Of a DNA stretch of 63,895 nucleotides, positions 1 through 10,645 are shown piece by piece. Position numbers and translations under genes: made by a program. Each line of letters begins with the position of its first letter. Within the stretch, counting starts at the first letter, position 1. Under the pieces are notes generated by a model. That model was not told where the DNA came from and made no database searches. It saw only the letters and a program-made list of their open reading frames with translations. Source of the DNA: Hydrurus foetidus (Eukaryota); the NCBI GenBank assembly GCA_900617105.1, contig UYFQ01000254.1:1-63895 (forward strand). Reading direction: 5' to 3'.

Positions 1-430
1 CTCAAATGCCAAATCCCAATATTTCTGTGGTACCCTAGTACCAAGGGGTTGCCTGATTATGTCGCACTTCATTGAAAGTACACCGACTTCACGTTCTGCA
101 ATTTCATTTGCATGTTTGCCGCGAGGTGGTGTCGGTTCCAATCGCTACCATGTAAGACTATCGAACAGTTGTCACCTTCTAGCGTTCGCAGCGAAGGTGG
201 AGAAGAAGCTGCAGTCTAGCTTCTCAAGTCAGGGAGCTATCGAGTAGACGATACTGTGAAGTACAACGTATTAAGTTCTGATTAGAGTTTACAGATAGCC
301 ACACAAAAGAGTCATCGGAACATCTCATGACAACGCGAACTACCTTGAGAGAGCAATCACAGAGCTGTGTAGTATGCATAGCATGTGCTTGAGGAACATT
401 GCATGAAGCATATTGTAACGAAGTGAATCG
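1..430 (-). pseudogene. Degenerate Copia-like integrase core fragment, running off the window start
   Basis: Manual translation of 144..1 on the minus strand gives RLEPTPPRGKHANEIAEREVGVL...VPQKYWDLAFE, matching the Copia integrase TP..N..AER / P..W..A pattern; upstream part is interrupted by stops. Confidence 0.65.
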
Positions 431-464
431 GCGATGATGAAGATCATGAAAATCCAACGACTAT

Positions 465-945
465 TTTTGTACGTGATGTGAGAGTACGTACAAACTGCTA
501 CTCGGTGTTAGTACGGTGTACATACAGGTGTATATGTATATATGAACGTATATACATAAGTACGGTTGTACTTACGTACGTGCGAACGTACATATACGCC
601 TTTCATTGTACACGTGCAGGCGTACGTACGTTTATAGTGATATTAACGTACATGTGTAAGTATGTGTATGCGCATACGTACATAATGATATGAACACACA
701 CATGTAGGTACATGTGTACGTATGTTTGATATCATGTGTCTGGTTATGTCGACATACATGCGTACGTACATATGCGTACGTACATATATATTGATATGTA
801 CATATATGTGTAAGTACATGCGTACGTATATATGTTACTATACCTATATGTATGAACGTACGTTCGTACCGAGTAACGTACATATGTGTATTTATAACTA
901 CATATGCAACTATCCCACTATAGACATATCTAAGCTATATTAGAT
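465..945. repeat. Low-complexity alternating purine/pyrimidine tract (TACGTA/CATATG/TGTACA-rich)
   Basis: Direct reading; all ORFs here are Y/T/C/I-biased artefacts. Confidence 0.85.
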
Positions 946-1029
946 AGTCTAGCAGCAACAGATGTGTGAGAAGGATGTGTGGGAAGGAGTGTTGATCAAC
1001 GCACTAACACCATTACAACCTAACAACAT

Positions 1030-2497
1030 CATAACCAGTAGTATGTTTTTAAAAGATAAGTATACTGCAGAAGGTAAATTCGATAAGTGAAAATCGAGAT
1101 TAGTTGCAGGAGGTCATTTACAGGATAGAGATATTTACGATAATGGCTCATCACCTACAGTTAGTACCAGTAGTGTGTTCATAATTCCTTCAATTGCTGC
1201 GAAAGACAATTGATCATTAGCTACGATATATTTTCCAGGAGCATTTTTAAATAGCGATATGCCACTAGAAGGTAGTCACACTGTGTTTATGAGATTGAAT
1301 AAATATTTGACTGGAGTTTTGACATCCATAGATAAATCATATATGAAATATATTAATGATAAGGGTACATGGATTGTTAAATTCAAAAAAGCATTGTATG
1401 GATGTGTTGAATCTGCAAAATTGTGGTACGATAAAATTTCACATGACTTGTCTGTGTTAGGGTATACCGCTAATGCATATGACATGTGTGTATTTAATCG
1501 AACTGAAAATAACAAATCACAAACCACACTGATAATTCACGTTGATGATATGATGATATCATGTTGCAGTGACAGATATGTTGATATGGTGATTGATGAA
1601 ATTGAAATGCTATATCCCGGACTAACAAAACATCGAGGAAAAATACTTAATTATTTAGGTATGACTTTTAACTTCGAGACAGCGGGACAAGTGAAGATAA
1701 CTATGGAAGGATTTATCAAAGAGCTGCTAGAAGACTGCAAAGAGATTTTAGGGGTGGCACGGACACCGGCCAAACCGGATTTGTTTACAGTTAAACCGGA
1801 TACCTCTAACTCACTACTAACAACTTCTGCTCGTGAGTTCTTTCATTCCATTACAGAGAAGCTGCTATACTTAAGCAAGAGAGCGAGGCCGGATAATCTG
1901 ACGCCGGTAGCGTTCCTGACGAAGCGAGTGACTAAACGTCAAGTCGATGACTTAAAAAAGCTGGAACGTACCATACAGTACGTACGTCACACTAGAGACC
2001 TGGGCCTGACATTACAAGCAGAAGATCCCATCACTGTTACATGCTATGTTGATGCTTCCTACGGAGTACATCATGATATGAAGAGGCACACAGGAAGCGC
2101 CATCACATTAGGGAAAGGCGTAGTGTATGCTAAGAGTTCAACTCAAAAGCTAACCACGAAGTCAAGTACCGAAGCAGAGCTAGTAGGACTTAGCGACTCA
2201 GCCAACCAAGTGCTATGGACCAGACTATTCTTTATCAATCAAGGATATGAAAACAGGAGCGCCATCATATTTCAAGACAAGGAATCAACCATCCAACTGA
2301 TTAACAACGGTCGCTCCAACAGCGAACGCACGCGGCATATCGATATCCGGTATTTCTTCCTACATGACCGGATAAAAGAACAAGAAATCACCATCAGTTA
2401 CAAATCAACCGACGAGACGTTAGCAGACATGCTAACTAAACCCCTTCAAGGAGAGCAATTCAGAGCTTTCCGCAACCAACTACTCAACACCACCTGA
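1030..2497 (+). pseudogene. Ty1/Copia reverse transcriptase-RNase H, 5'-truncated and decayed
   Basis: KKALYGCVESAKLWY, IHVDD, YVDAS, KSSTEAE, RHIDIRYFF and ADMLTKPL motifs; upstream (K)SRLVAGG segment has in-frame TGA stops near 1088 and 1211. Confidence 0.92.
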
Positions 2498-2989
2498 GTA
2501 TTCCAATCTGTCAAATCTCTTCTATCTACGCTTTGCCAACACCATTTCTGCTACCCTGGCCAATATCAACGCTATGTATTATATGAATCTGTTTATATGA
2601 ATCTGCAATACAACATCAACCTCCAAGACCTGAACACTGAAGACACCTACACTCGAGCCTACATCACATATGGTCGAGATACATTAGCTGAAGACCCATC
2701 ATGACGAAGACTCCAGCACCAAGATTCCTACTATAAACTATTTCTAACTGCCAACTTTGCCAAAAAAACAAACTTCCTTCTATAAACGGCAATTCCTACC
2801 GCCAACTTCTAACATATTTCTTTCCGACTGAGATCGATTTTCAAGACACTGACGTAACATTCCCGGGCCATTGACAAAACTTTACTTACGATTAATATTA
2901 AATGAACGTGTATGAATTAATTTAATGCTTTTGAAATAACGATTGAATAAACCTGTTTGAATTGAATAAGATATCACATCATAGGGGTG

Positions 2990-3342
2990 TGTAGTAATAT
3001 CAGTATTATGTAGACTAGATATTCCGTATGCGAATTGTGATGCTATTATCTGTATTTCATATTTGAACCACACGTACGGTGTTGCACCACAGCAGTACCG
3101 TACTACATACGATATGAAGTATTTGAACCAGAATAGCCACCAACCTGTTGCAACAACTACCGACCACACTCGACTGCTACTGCGTTGCAGTAGTGCTAAT
3201 TAACCCAAACTCGTAGCCGTTCGTGAAACTTCTCTTCTGAGTCCAGACAGAACGAGTAAAGCCACATCGGAGAGTGCAGTGGGGAGCTTATGACCAACCG
3301 TATGGGACATACGTCACACCTTTGAGTCCACTATTCACAACA
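2990..3342 (+). repeat. Probable 3' LTR of the decayed Copia
   Basis: Preceded by TAGGGGTG, as is the 3' LTR at 54071; starts TGTAG and ends CAACA; no partner LTR in the window, so the right end is inferred. Confidence 0.55.
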
Positions 3343-3389
3343 GATAGTCGAGAGTGTAGGGTGGTCGAGCAACCGGCAATAATTTACTG

Positions 3390-3840
3390 TGTACTGAATT
3401 AATAGTTTGATGTACTGAAATCAATACTAAAGGTTAGGATTAGGGTGAAGATTAGGGTTACATGCGAAATACACAAAAAACGAAACCTCAATCCTCGAAT
3501 CCTCAAAACACGGGTTTCCAGAATTCCAGCCACTTTTTCGAACCAGCCACTTTTTCGTAATTTTGAGTTTTGAGGTTATCAAATTCCTCGTTTTTAAGCC
3601 CTCATATCGAGGACTTCAAAACGAGGAAATCAAAAAAACACGAGGTCTTGGGTCCAAAAGGGCCGAGGATTTTCGGAAAACCCGTGTTTTGAGGATTTTT
3701 GTTTTGTATGTTTCGACTGTTAGGATTAGAGATAGTGTTAGGGCTAAACTCAGAGTCAGGGTCTGGGTTAGAGCTAGAATTAGGGTGTATTCAGTGCATC
3801 AAACTATTAATTCAGTACATCAAACTATTAATTCAGTACA
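3390..3840. mobile_element. MITE-like element with ~30-bp TIRs and internal degenerate TTAGGG tract
   Basis: TGTACTGAATTAATAGTTTGATGTACTGAA (3390-3419) is the reverse complement of 3811-3840. Confidence 0.7.
3461..3719. mobile_element. Nested MITE with TTA target duplication
   Basis: Imperfect TIRs CATGCGAAATACACAAAA / TTTTGTATGTTTCGACTG, inner inverted repeat AATCCTCAAAACACGGGTTT, TTA on both flanks. Confidence 0.6.
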
Positions 3841-3902
3841 CCATTAATTGGGTCGCGTGCACCGGAACCTCGGCCCGATTATCCAGCCTCACTCATCAGG
3901 CT

Positions 3903-4686
3903 GGTCCTTACAGGAGTCGGATTTTTTCCAGTCTGTGTCGAAAGTCCAGGGTTTACTTATGTAAGCCCAAAAGGGGGTTTGCTTTTTTTGAACTCGAGCT
4001 TGCAACATGAAAAGCAGTCACTTCTCTCTCTACTCCAGATTACACAACTAACCAACGGAGCCACCTCCTTGACTCCGGTTTGGATTTTCGGAGTCACGCT
4101 GACATCAGCCTACAGGTAGAATTTTTAAATCCTAGATTCCATGCAGAAATAATTTCAAATGACTCCATACATTTAAAATAGGGCCGTTTTGGCAACCCAA
4201 CTTTTCTGACTCGTGAAATCTTCTATTACTGCATTTCAACCCTTGATTTTCTCTAAGTCTTTAGAATTGATACCACTCTGCATAGAGCCAAAATTTCAGC
4301 TCTGTACGATGCATTCCAAATGATTGCCACATCATCTCATTATCGTTTTTACACCCTATGATTTGCAGATCACTCGTCAAGCCATCAACATCTTGTTGGC
4401 GACGATTCAGAGCACGAATTTTTGTGAGGTCTCAGTAAACGTAGTACTATGACTACTCGTAAGTTCAACTCTTTGATTTGAGCTGCACATTTTTCTGTTC
4501 TGCTGTTCTAACAGTGTATTTTTCACATTCAAATGTGCACCATAGTTTACAGAGTAACTTTCTTATAGTGACTGCTCTTGATCTACTTTTTCATTTTTAT
4601 TGCACGTTAATATATATTGTGAAAGCCTTCTGATTTTTTTTCAAGCCGACTCATCCTTGATAATATCGATACCATATCATTTTTCT
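3903..4686 (+). repeat. Dispersed ~790-bp repeat, copy 1 (3'-truncated)
   Basis: Highly similar to 43734-44518 in direct orientation. Confidence 0.9.
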
Positions 4687-4760
4687 ATTAGCTGTTAAAA
4701 ACTTTAAGACATCTCCAGACTACAAGTAGCGTATGGAGTCGTCAGTCAGGGACTACCTCG

Positions 4761-5612
4761 ATGAGAACGGATTGGAAGATATGGCTGCGCTTGCCACTAA
4801 GTACAGTGTTAGCAAGTCAGCAATCCAAAGGTGTTCAAATTATCATGCAGAAAAAACATATCTGTAACGCTTTACTAACTCAGTGGTTATCATTTCACAG
4901 GCATGTTGCTGCCCGAAAGAAATTAGGGCCAATTAATGTTCCGTCACCAATAAATATATTTATGGGAAGAAGAAGATTAGTTAGTGATGCGATTATAACG
5001 AAGCTTAGGTTACAAAATCAAGCTGCCAACTTAGCAGGGGCAGCAGTATCTAGCCGTGTAATGACTAGTCAAATAGAAATAGAGAGAAGGTTAGAGTTAG
5101 GTCCTGGTGCAAATATAGATGCTTTGACTCCACCATATAGAACTATTGCATTGAGATATGTTGCAATGATAGCACGTGTAGCCATTCGAAATCCTGATAT
5201 ACAGAATCAACGACGTTTAGATGCTAAAAATGATATCTTTAATCAGATTTCTTTGGCCGCCGTTGTTTCTGCCATATTAGCTCCCGTCGAACCAGGAGTA
5301 AAATCCATCTACAAGCGGAGCAATATTCACTGTGTGGATGCTATGTCAATCCTGCTATTTAATCGTTTGAATGATACAGTTAGAGTAGGACCAACTGTTA
5401 GGAAGGAAATGAAGACTCAGTCAAGAAGTGTTAGCGTAACAAAGAATCAACCTCAGTGTCGTACTGTTAAATGTTATTTTGATACATCTGCAGATGGTTT
5501 ATTGAATGTTGTTATTATCTCAATTGCTGATAGGCTATTCATTGAGAAAAGGAAGTGGTTCCGTTTAGATAGCGGTAGTAATGATTATACAGTATGGGTA
5601 CTACTGATATAA
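4761..5612 (+). CDS. Hypothetical 283-aa ORF, no recognisable domain
   Basis: ORF length only; lies between TEs. Confidence 0.25.
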   Translation: MRTDWKIWLRLPLSTVLASQQSKGVQIIMQKKHICNALLTQWLSFHRHVAARKKLGPINVPSPINIFMGRRRLVSDAIITKLRLQNQAANLAGAAVSSRVMTSQIEIERRLELGPGANIDALTPPYRTIALRYVAMIARVAIRNPDIQNQRRLDAKNDIFNQISLAAVVSAILAPVEPGVKSIYKRSNIHCVDAMSILLFNRLNDTVRVGPTVRKEMKTQSRSVSVTKNQPQCRTVKCYFDTSADGLLNVVIISIADRLFIEKRKWFRLDSGSNDYTVWVLLI

Positions 5613-5924
5613 AAAAATACCAAAAATAAAAACTCGATATTAGGGAAAGAAAATAATCCATCGAATGCTAAGGTCAATCCATACGGTTGGACGAAATACG
5701 AAATACAAAATAGAAAAACACTGTAATCCTCCGGGTGATCGTTTGTTATGGTGGAGGATCCGAAATACAAAATGAAAACTTATGTTTTTCGTGATCCTCC
5801 GGGCGGTTGCTTGACAAAATTTGGCTCCAGATTCTCCGTGACAAAATGGCGTGACAGAATAGGAATTATTCACATTAAATTTAAGAAATCATCAGTTTTA
5901 AGCAATAACAATTAAGTTGCAGCT

Positions 5925-7475
5925 ATGGAAAAGTCACCAAAACTTCGGGACTGCATTGGTGAGGATGGGTATCCAGATTTGGAAAGTTATGTCATCTTTA
6001 AGAAGAGGCGCGATGAGCTATTAGAAGAAAACGAGGCTGCCGAACCAGTTCCACCAAAGAAAATGCCCTTTCGTAACAGAAATAACGAAGGATACAATCC
6101 TAATGACTGCTTTGAGTCAGATTGGTATCGCAGATACGTCAGATTCCCTGATCAACCACTAAATAAGAAGCATATGAACCTATTTAGAAGAAGATTTAGA
6201 ATGCCTCACACTGCATTCTTAGATCTAGTGAGGGAGGCTAGAGAAGATAAGTGGTTTCCTGATTATGAAAGACGTAACGCTCTTGGGGAGATGGGCATTT
6301 TACTGGAAATATTGATTTTGGGAGCACTACGTTACCTGGGAAGGGGCTGGACTTTCGATGACCTCTACGAGGCTACAAGCGTCTCTGAAGAAGTACATCG
6401 TCGATTCTTCAAAGTATTCGTTGTAGCATGCCGCAAACATCTCTATCCCAAGTGGGTGAAGAGGCCGGAAACCCCTGAGGAGATAGAAGACTTTATGTCT
6501 GAATATGCTGAGGCTGGTTTTGATGGGTGTATTGGGTCAGCGGATGTTACACATATCATATTGGAGAGGTGCCACTACAAGCTTAAGAATCAGAATTTAG
6601 GAGGGAAAAGTTCTCATACGACGCGTGCATTCCAAATCGTAGCCGATCATCGACGCCAGATTATCGCGTCAACAGTTGGATATCCCGGAAGATGGACTAT
6701 AGTGCGATTTGATGGATTTGTGACTGACATGCAGAATGGTACTTACTTGAATGATCATCAATTTACACTGAAAGATAGCGAGGGAAAAGATGTAAATTAT
6801 ACTGGGGCCTGGATCCTTGGGGATGGGGGATATTCAAATTGGTCCACACTTATATGTCCCTTCAAACATTCACAGTCGAAGAAAGAACAGCGTTGGTCCA
6901 AATGGGCCGAGTCTATGAGAAAAGACGTCGAATGCACCTTTGGAATACTAAAAGGTAATTGATAATAATTCATTAATATATTCGTTAATATGTTTAATAT
7001 ATAATTACTATATTCATAGGGAGATGGAGAATTTTAAAATCAGGAATCAGAGTTCATGGGATCGAAGCTGCTGATAACATTTGGTTTACTTGCTGTGCCC
7101 TACACAACATGTTACTGAATTTTGATGGATTAGACAAGAAGTGGAAAAAAGGTGTACCAAGTCAAATTAGGGTGGCATGCCGTAGGTGATGTTGAAACTT
7201 ATGCCCCTCTTATATTTCGTAGAGTTAGAGATGGATGTGATATCAGAGAACTTGATACTTCAAAGTTTGCCCGAGGCAATGATTTATGTAATAATCTTTC
7301 AGACAACCGAGAAGAAGAAATAAAAAACTTAAAAAAGAGTGGAGAAGAAAATACTTATAAAATATTAAGAATGAGAAATAAAGATTTTAGAGACAAATTA
7401 GTAACTAGTTTTCATAGGAGGTGGGCAGTTAAAGATATAGTATGGCCTTCAAGAACAGGCAAAATGAAAGAGTAA
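5925..7475 (+). pseudogene. PIF/Harbinger-type (Plant_tran/HARBI1-like) DDE transposase with one intron and a C-terminal frameshift
   Basis: FRRRFRM, GSADVTH, GDGGY, RKDVECTFGILKG|RWRIL, CCALHNML; GT-AG intron 6955-7019; frame break near 7160. Confidence 0.88.
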
Positions 7476-7511
7476 ATTAATAAAATATTATTGAATTGTA
7501 AATAAAACATA

Positions 7512-7935
7512 TTAAACCATCTTTGAAATTGTACTTCTTGTTACGCCTCTTGTCTTCACTTTTGAGATCGTGGAACTGGTAGTGCCGTAATGTTTCGCAC
7601 ATGCAATGTTGTTCGCCACGTCTCTCCTGATACGCTCTTGTGCCAGGTATTCCTCGTCTTCACGATCCCGTTGCTCTCTCTCACTTATGGTCAAGGAATC
7701 TCTTGGTGGGTATGGATTCACGGTTTTGATAGTATTGAGATATGGCTGTATGAACTCTAGTTCCCCCTCTGTGTCTTCTTCTTCGTCTTTATTTCGTCTG
7801 TCTTCTTTCTCTCTCTGTTCCTTCTCCCTAATCTCCTTTACTATTCTCTCTCTACTCACAGTTATCGGAATCCTTTTCTCTTTCTGGTTCCTCTACGATA
7901 AAGTCATTGGGATCATAGTACTCAGAGTCCTGGGT
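7512..7935 (-). pseudogene. Charged C-terminal fragment of a convergent ORF, probably the second gene of the Harbinger element
   Basis: E/K/R-rich reading frame convergent on the transposase, cut off at the Gypsy gag junction. Confidence 0.4.
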
Positions 7936-10146
7936 TAGAACCACAATCCCGAAAAATCTAAGCCAAAAGACAAGAGATCCCTTAAGATCAAGCCCCTCGC
8001 CAAGAAAAAGTCCCCAAAGGCAGGTCCCAAACCTGCCCCAAAGGACAAAAAGGTGAAAACCAAAGCCGATGCTAAATCCGGCAAAACACACCGCGCGCAA
8101 AAGGCGGAAAACTCGGAAGAGGATTCCCCCCCACAACGCAAAGCGGGTTTGCAAACCTCCATCATCAACATGAAGGAGGCGTACTACCTCACTCGAGATA
8201 AACTCCTCGACGACGCTGATAAAGCAGCAAGAGCGTTTCACGAACAAGCATACCGCCCCGGTATGTTAACCAGTTGGGAAATGCTAATCGAAATGGATGC
8301 CATCCAAACGATCCGCGACCAGTTGCTTCGATGCAAAAGCGAAACAGGTTACAACACCAAAACTTGTCTCGTCTGGCCAACGGTCGACGGCAAAACGCTA
8401 ACGTTAAAAAAGATTGCAAATGATCTTAAAAAGATCTTTTACAAAAACAAACGTACGTCTTCCCATTTCGACTTCGAAATGAAGTTAAAAATTGCAAATT
8501 CCGCATCAGCTGGAAAGATCCTTCCGTTGAAGACAGAGCTCTCTCTGAGTTCCGTGACATCCTTCTCGGATTCTGGACGTCATACGATGCTATCGATGCC
8601 GACATGCAGAATGACATCTGTAAGGCCTTCTACAAGAAGCTGCCAAAGAACAACAAGTTCACAGACAATTTCATGGCAAAAACAAAACGTAAGACGAAAA
8701 AGACCGGGAAGGACACCATCTTCAAAATGCTCACGCGTCTTGTCGTCATGCTGGGCGAAGCACGCCAGATGATCAAAGACGCGGAGGACATGGGAGGTCT
8801 CGACTTCGTCTTCGAGTCGAAGCTCACACCAACCGACCAAGACGACGCCTCACCGCGACAACCACTCGGCTAACGCCTACAAGGCAATCTCAAAACGTCA
8901 GGTGGACCCTGAGTCGTCCGGCCTCAGCCGGGCGACCAACTTCTGTCACACCTGTGGCAAAAAGGAACACAACCGTTACGAATGCCAAAACCACATGAAC
9001 CCTCACTGCAACTGTAGCCACCGCGCTTGGTCGCAGTCTGAGGGGGCATAGGACTTCAAACGGATTGGTCACGAACACTTCGTACCAAATGTGTACATCA
9101 ACGGGGAACTTACCCGAGACACCAACAATCTCGGGGCGGCTACCTACGTGTATCCAACTGACGACGTTAAGAATGACTTCTCCCCTCCAGGAAGAGCCCA
9201 AGACGACCGTCCGACCAAGAAACAAAAGCTGGCCAACAACAACAAGTGCAATAAGTACAAGAGCAACCAGACTCAACCCGATCGGGACAACGATCGTTCC
9301 AACACGAACAAATTGAGCTCCAACTACAAGGGCAAAAGTAAGTCACAACTTGCTAACCCAATTACGGACATAATCGAGTACGCTCGAGAATTACCAACAA
9401 TGAAACAACTTCTATCAGCTTTATTAACTGAAAACATAGATGATTTCTTACAAGTTCACATATCTCTACCACAGATCTGATCCCCAACTTCAAACCAAGT
9501 CGCGACCGACCTGACGATCGCAGAGACAACTCGCACCAGGCGGAGAGCAAGGAGGCGGACAGACAGAAGTCCACTTCTTCCTCCTCCTCCAACCAATACG
9601 TGCCAAAATAGAGGCATGGAAGCCTTGGCCCAAATCGACACTGGATGTCAAGTCGGGGACGTCATAAACGGCAGAGTCCTTCGGGGCCTCCGCGGCGAAA
9701 CCCACTTGAGAAATTCCGACTCACCCATGTGGATGTGTTCTGGCTTAAATAATCAATGTGTAGAATCTACAAATGTGCTTGATAATGTTGTATCATTTAA
9801 TAAAAGCGATTTAAGACACACTTTTAGTCTTCCTGTCCGAATGGCTCCGGAGTCAAAAGTCGACCTAATCTTAGGATTACAGACTATAAAAAATTTAAAT
9901 TTAGTAAAAATCATACCAGAGTTCTTTCAGAACCTAGATAAAATAACGCCTAGTGCGATACCGGCTTCACCGCTGAAGAAACAAAGGGTGTCGTTTTCGG
10001 CTGAGGACGATGCACTAGTGCCCTTCACGGTACTTATAGACACCGAACTACCACCCGAGGTACTATCAGCCAAATCAGTTTCAGCAGACAAAATCCAAAC
10101 GGAAATTCCTTTACCATTACTAACGGAAAGAGAAATTGTCCAACAG

Positions 10147-10362
10147 TGTGGTCTCACTAGGACTCTGGGCTGGAACGGAGGGCTGCTGGAACGCGGGCGA
10201 AGGAAAGGGGGTGATGGGGCTAGTGCTATGGATAGCAAAGTGGTTAGCTTACAGATAAACACAGCAGGTATCATGGCAATGAATCGTGTGGATCGGATCG
10301 TCCTCGATCCGATCCGAACGTACGCCTGTACCCGTACCGCCCGTACGGGTGTACGGGTCACA
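10147..10362 (-). repeat. 3' LTR of Gypsy B
   Basis: Direct repeat of 17359-17574; PPT adjacent. Confidence 0.96.
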
Positions 10363-10645
10363 GTGCCCCTCTCTATCTAAAGGGGTGTACTAACTATCAA
10401 AATTCACCATCAAAATACTAACTATGAATAGATTCTAACTATTGAAAAACTATTTCAGACTGAAACCGGAAGTTTCGTACTGAATAAACCTCCATAAAAC
10501 CCGTTGGGATTCAATGTAGGAGGAATCTTTATGATTTAGTGAATCAAAATGTTGTGTTTTGGTTTTGGTTTTGTTTTGTTTTTTTTTTATTATTATTTTT
10601 TTATTTATTTTTTATTTATTTATTTATTTATTTATATGATATCGG

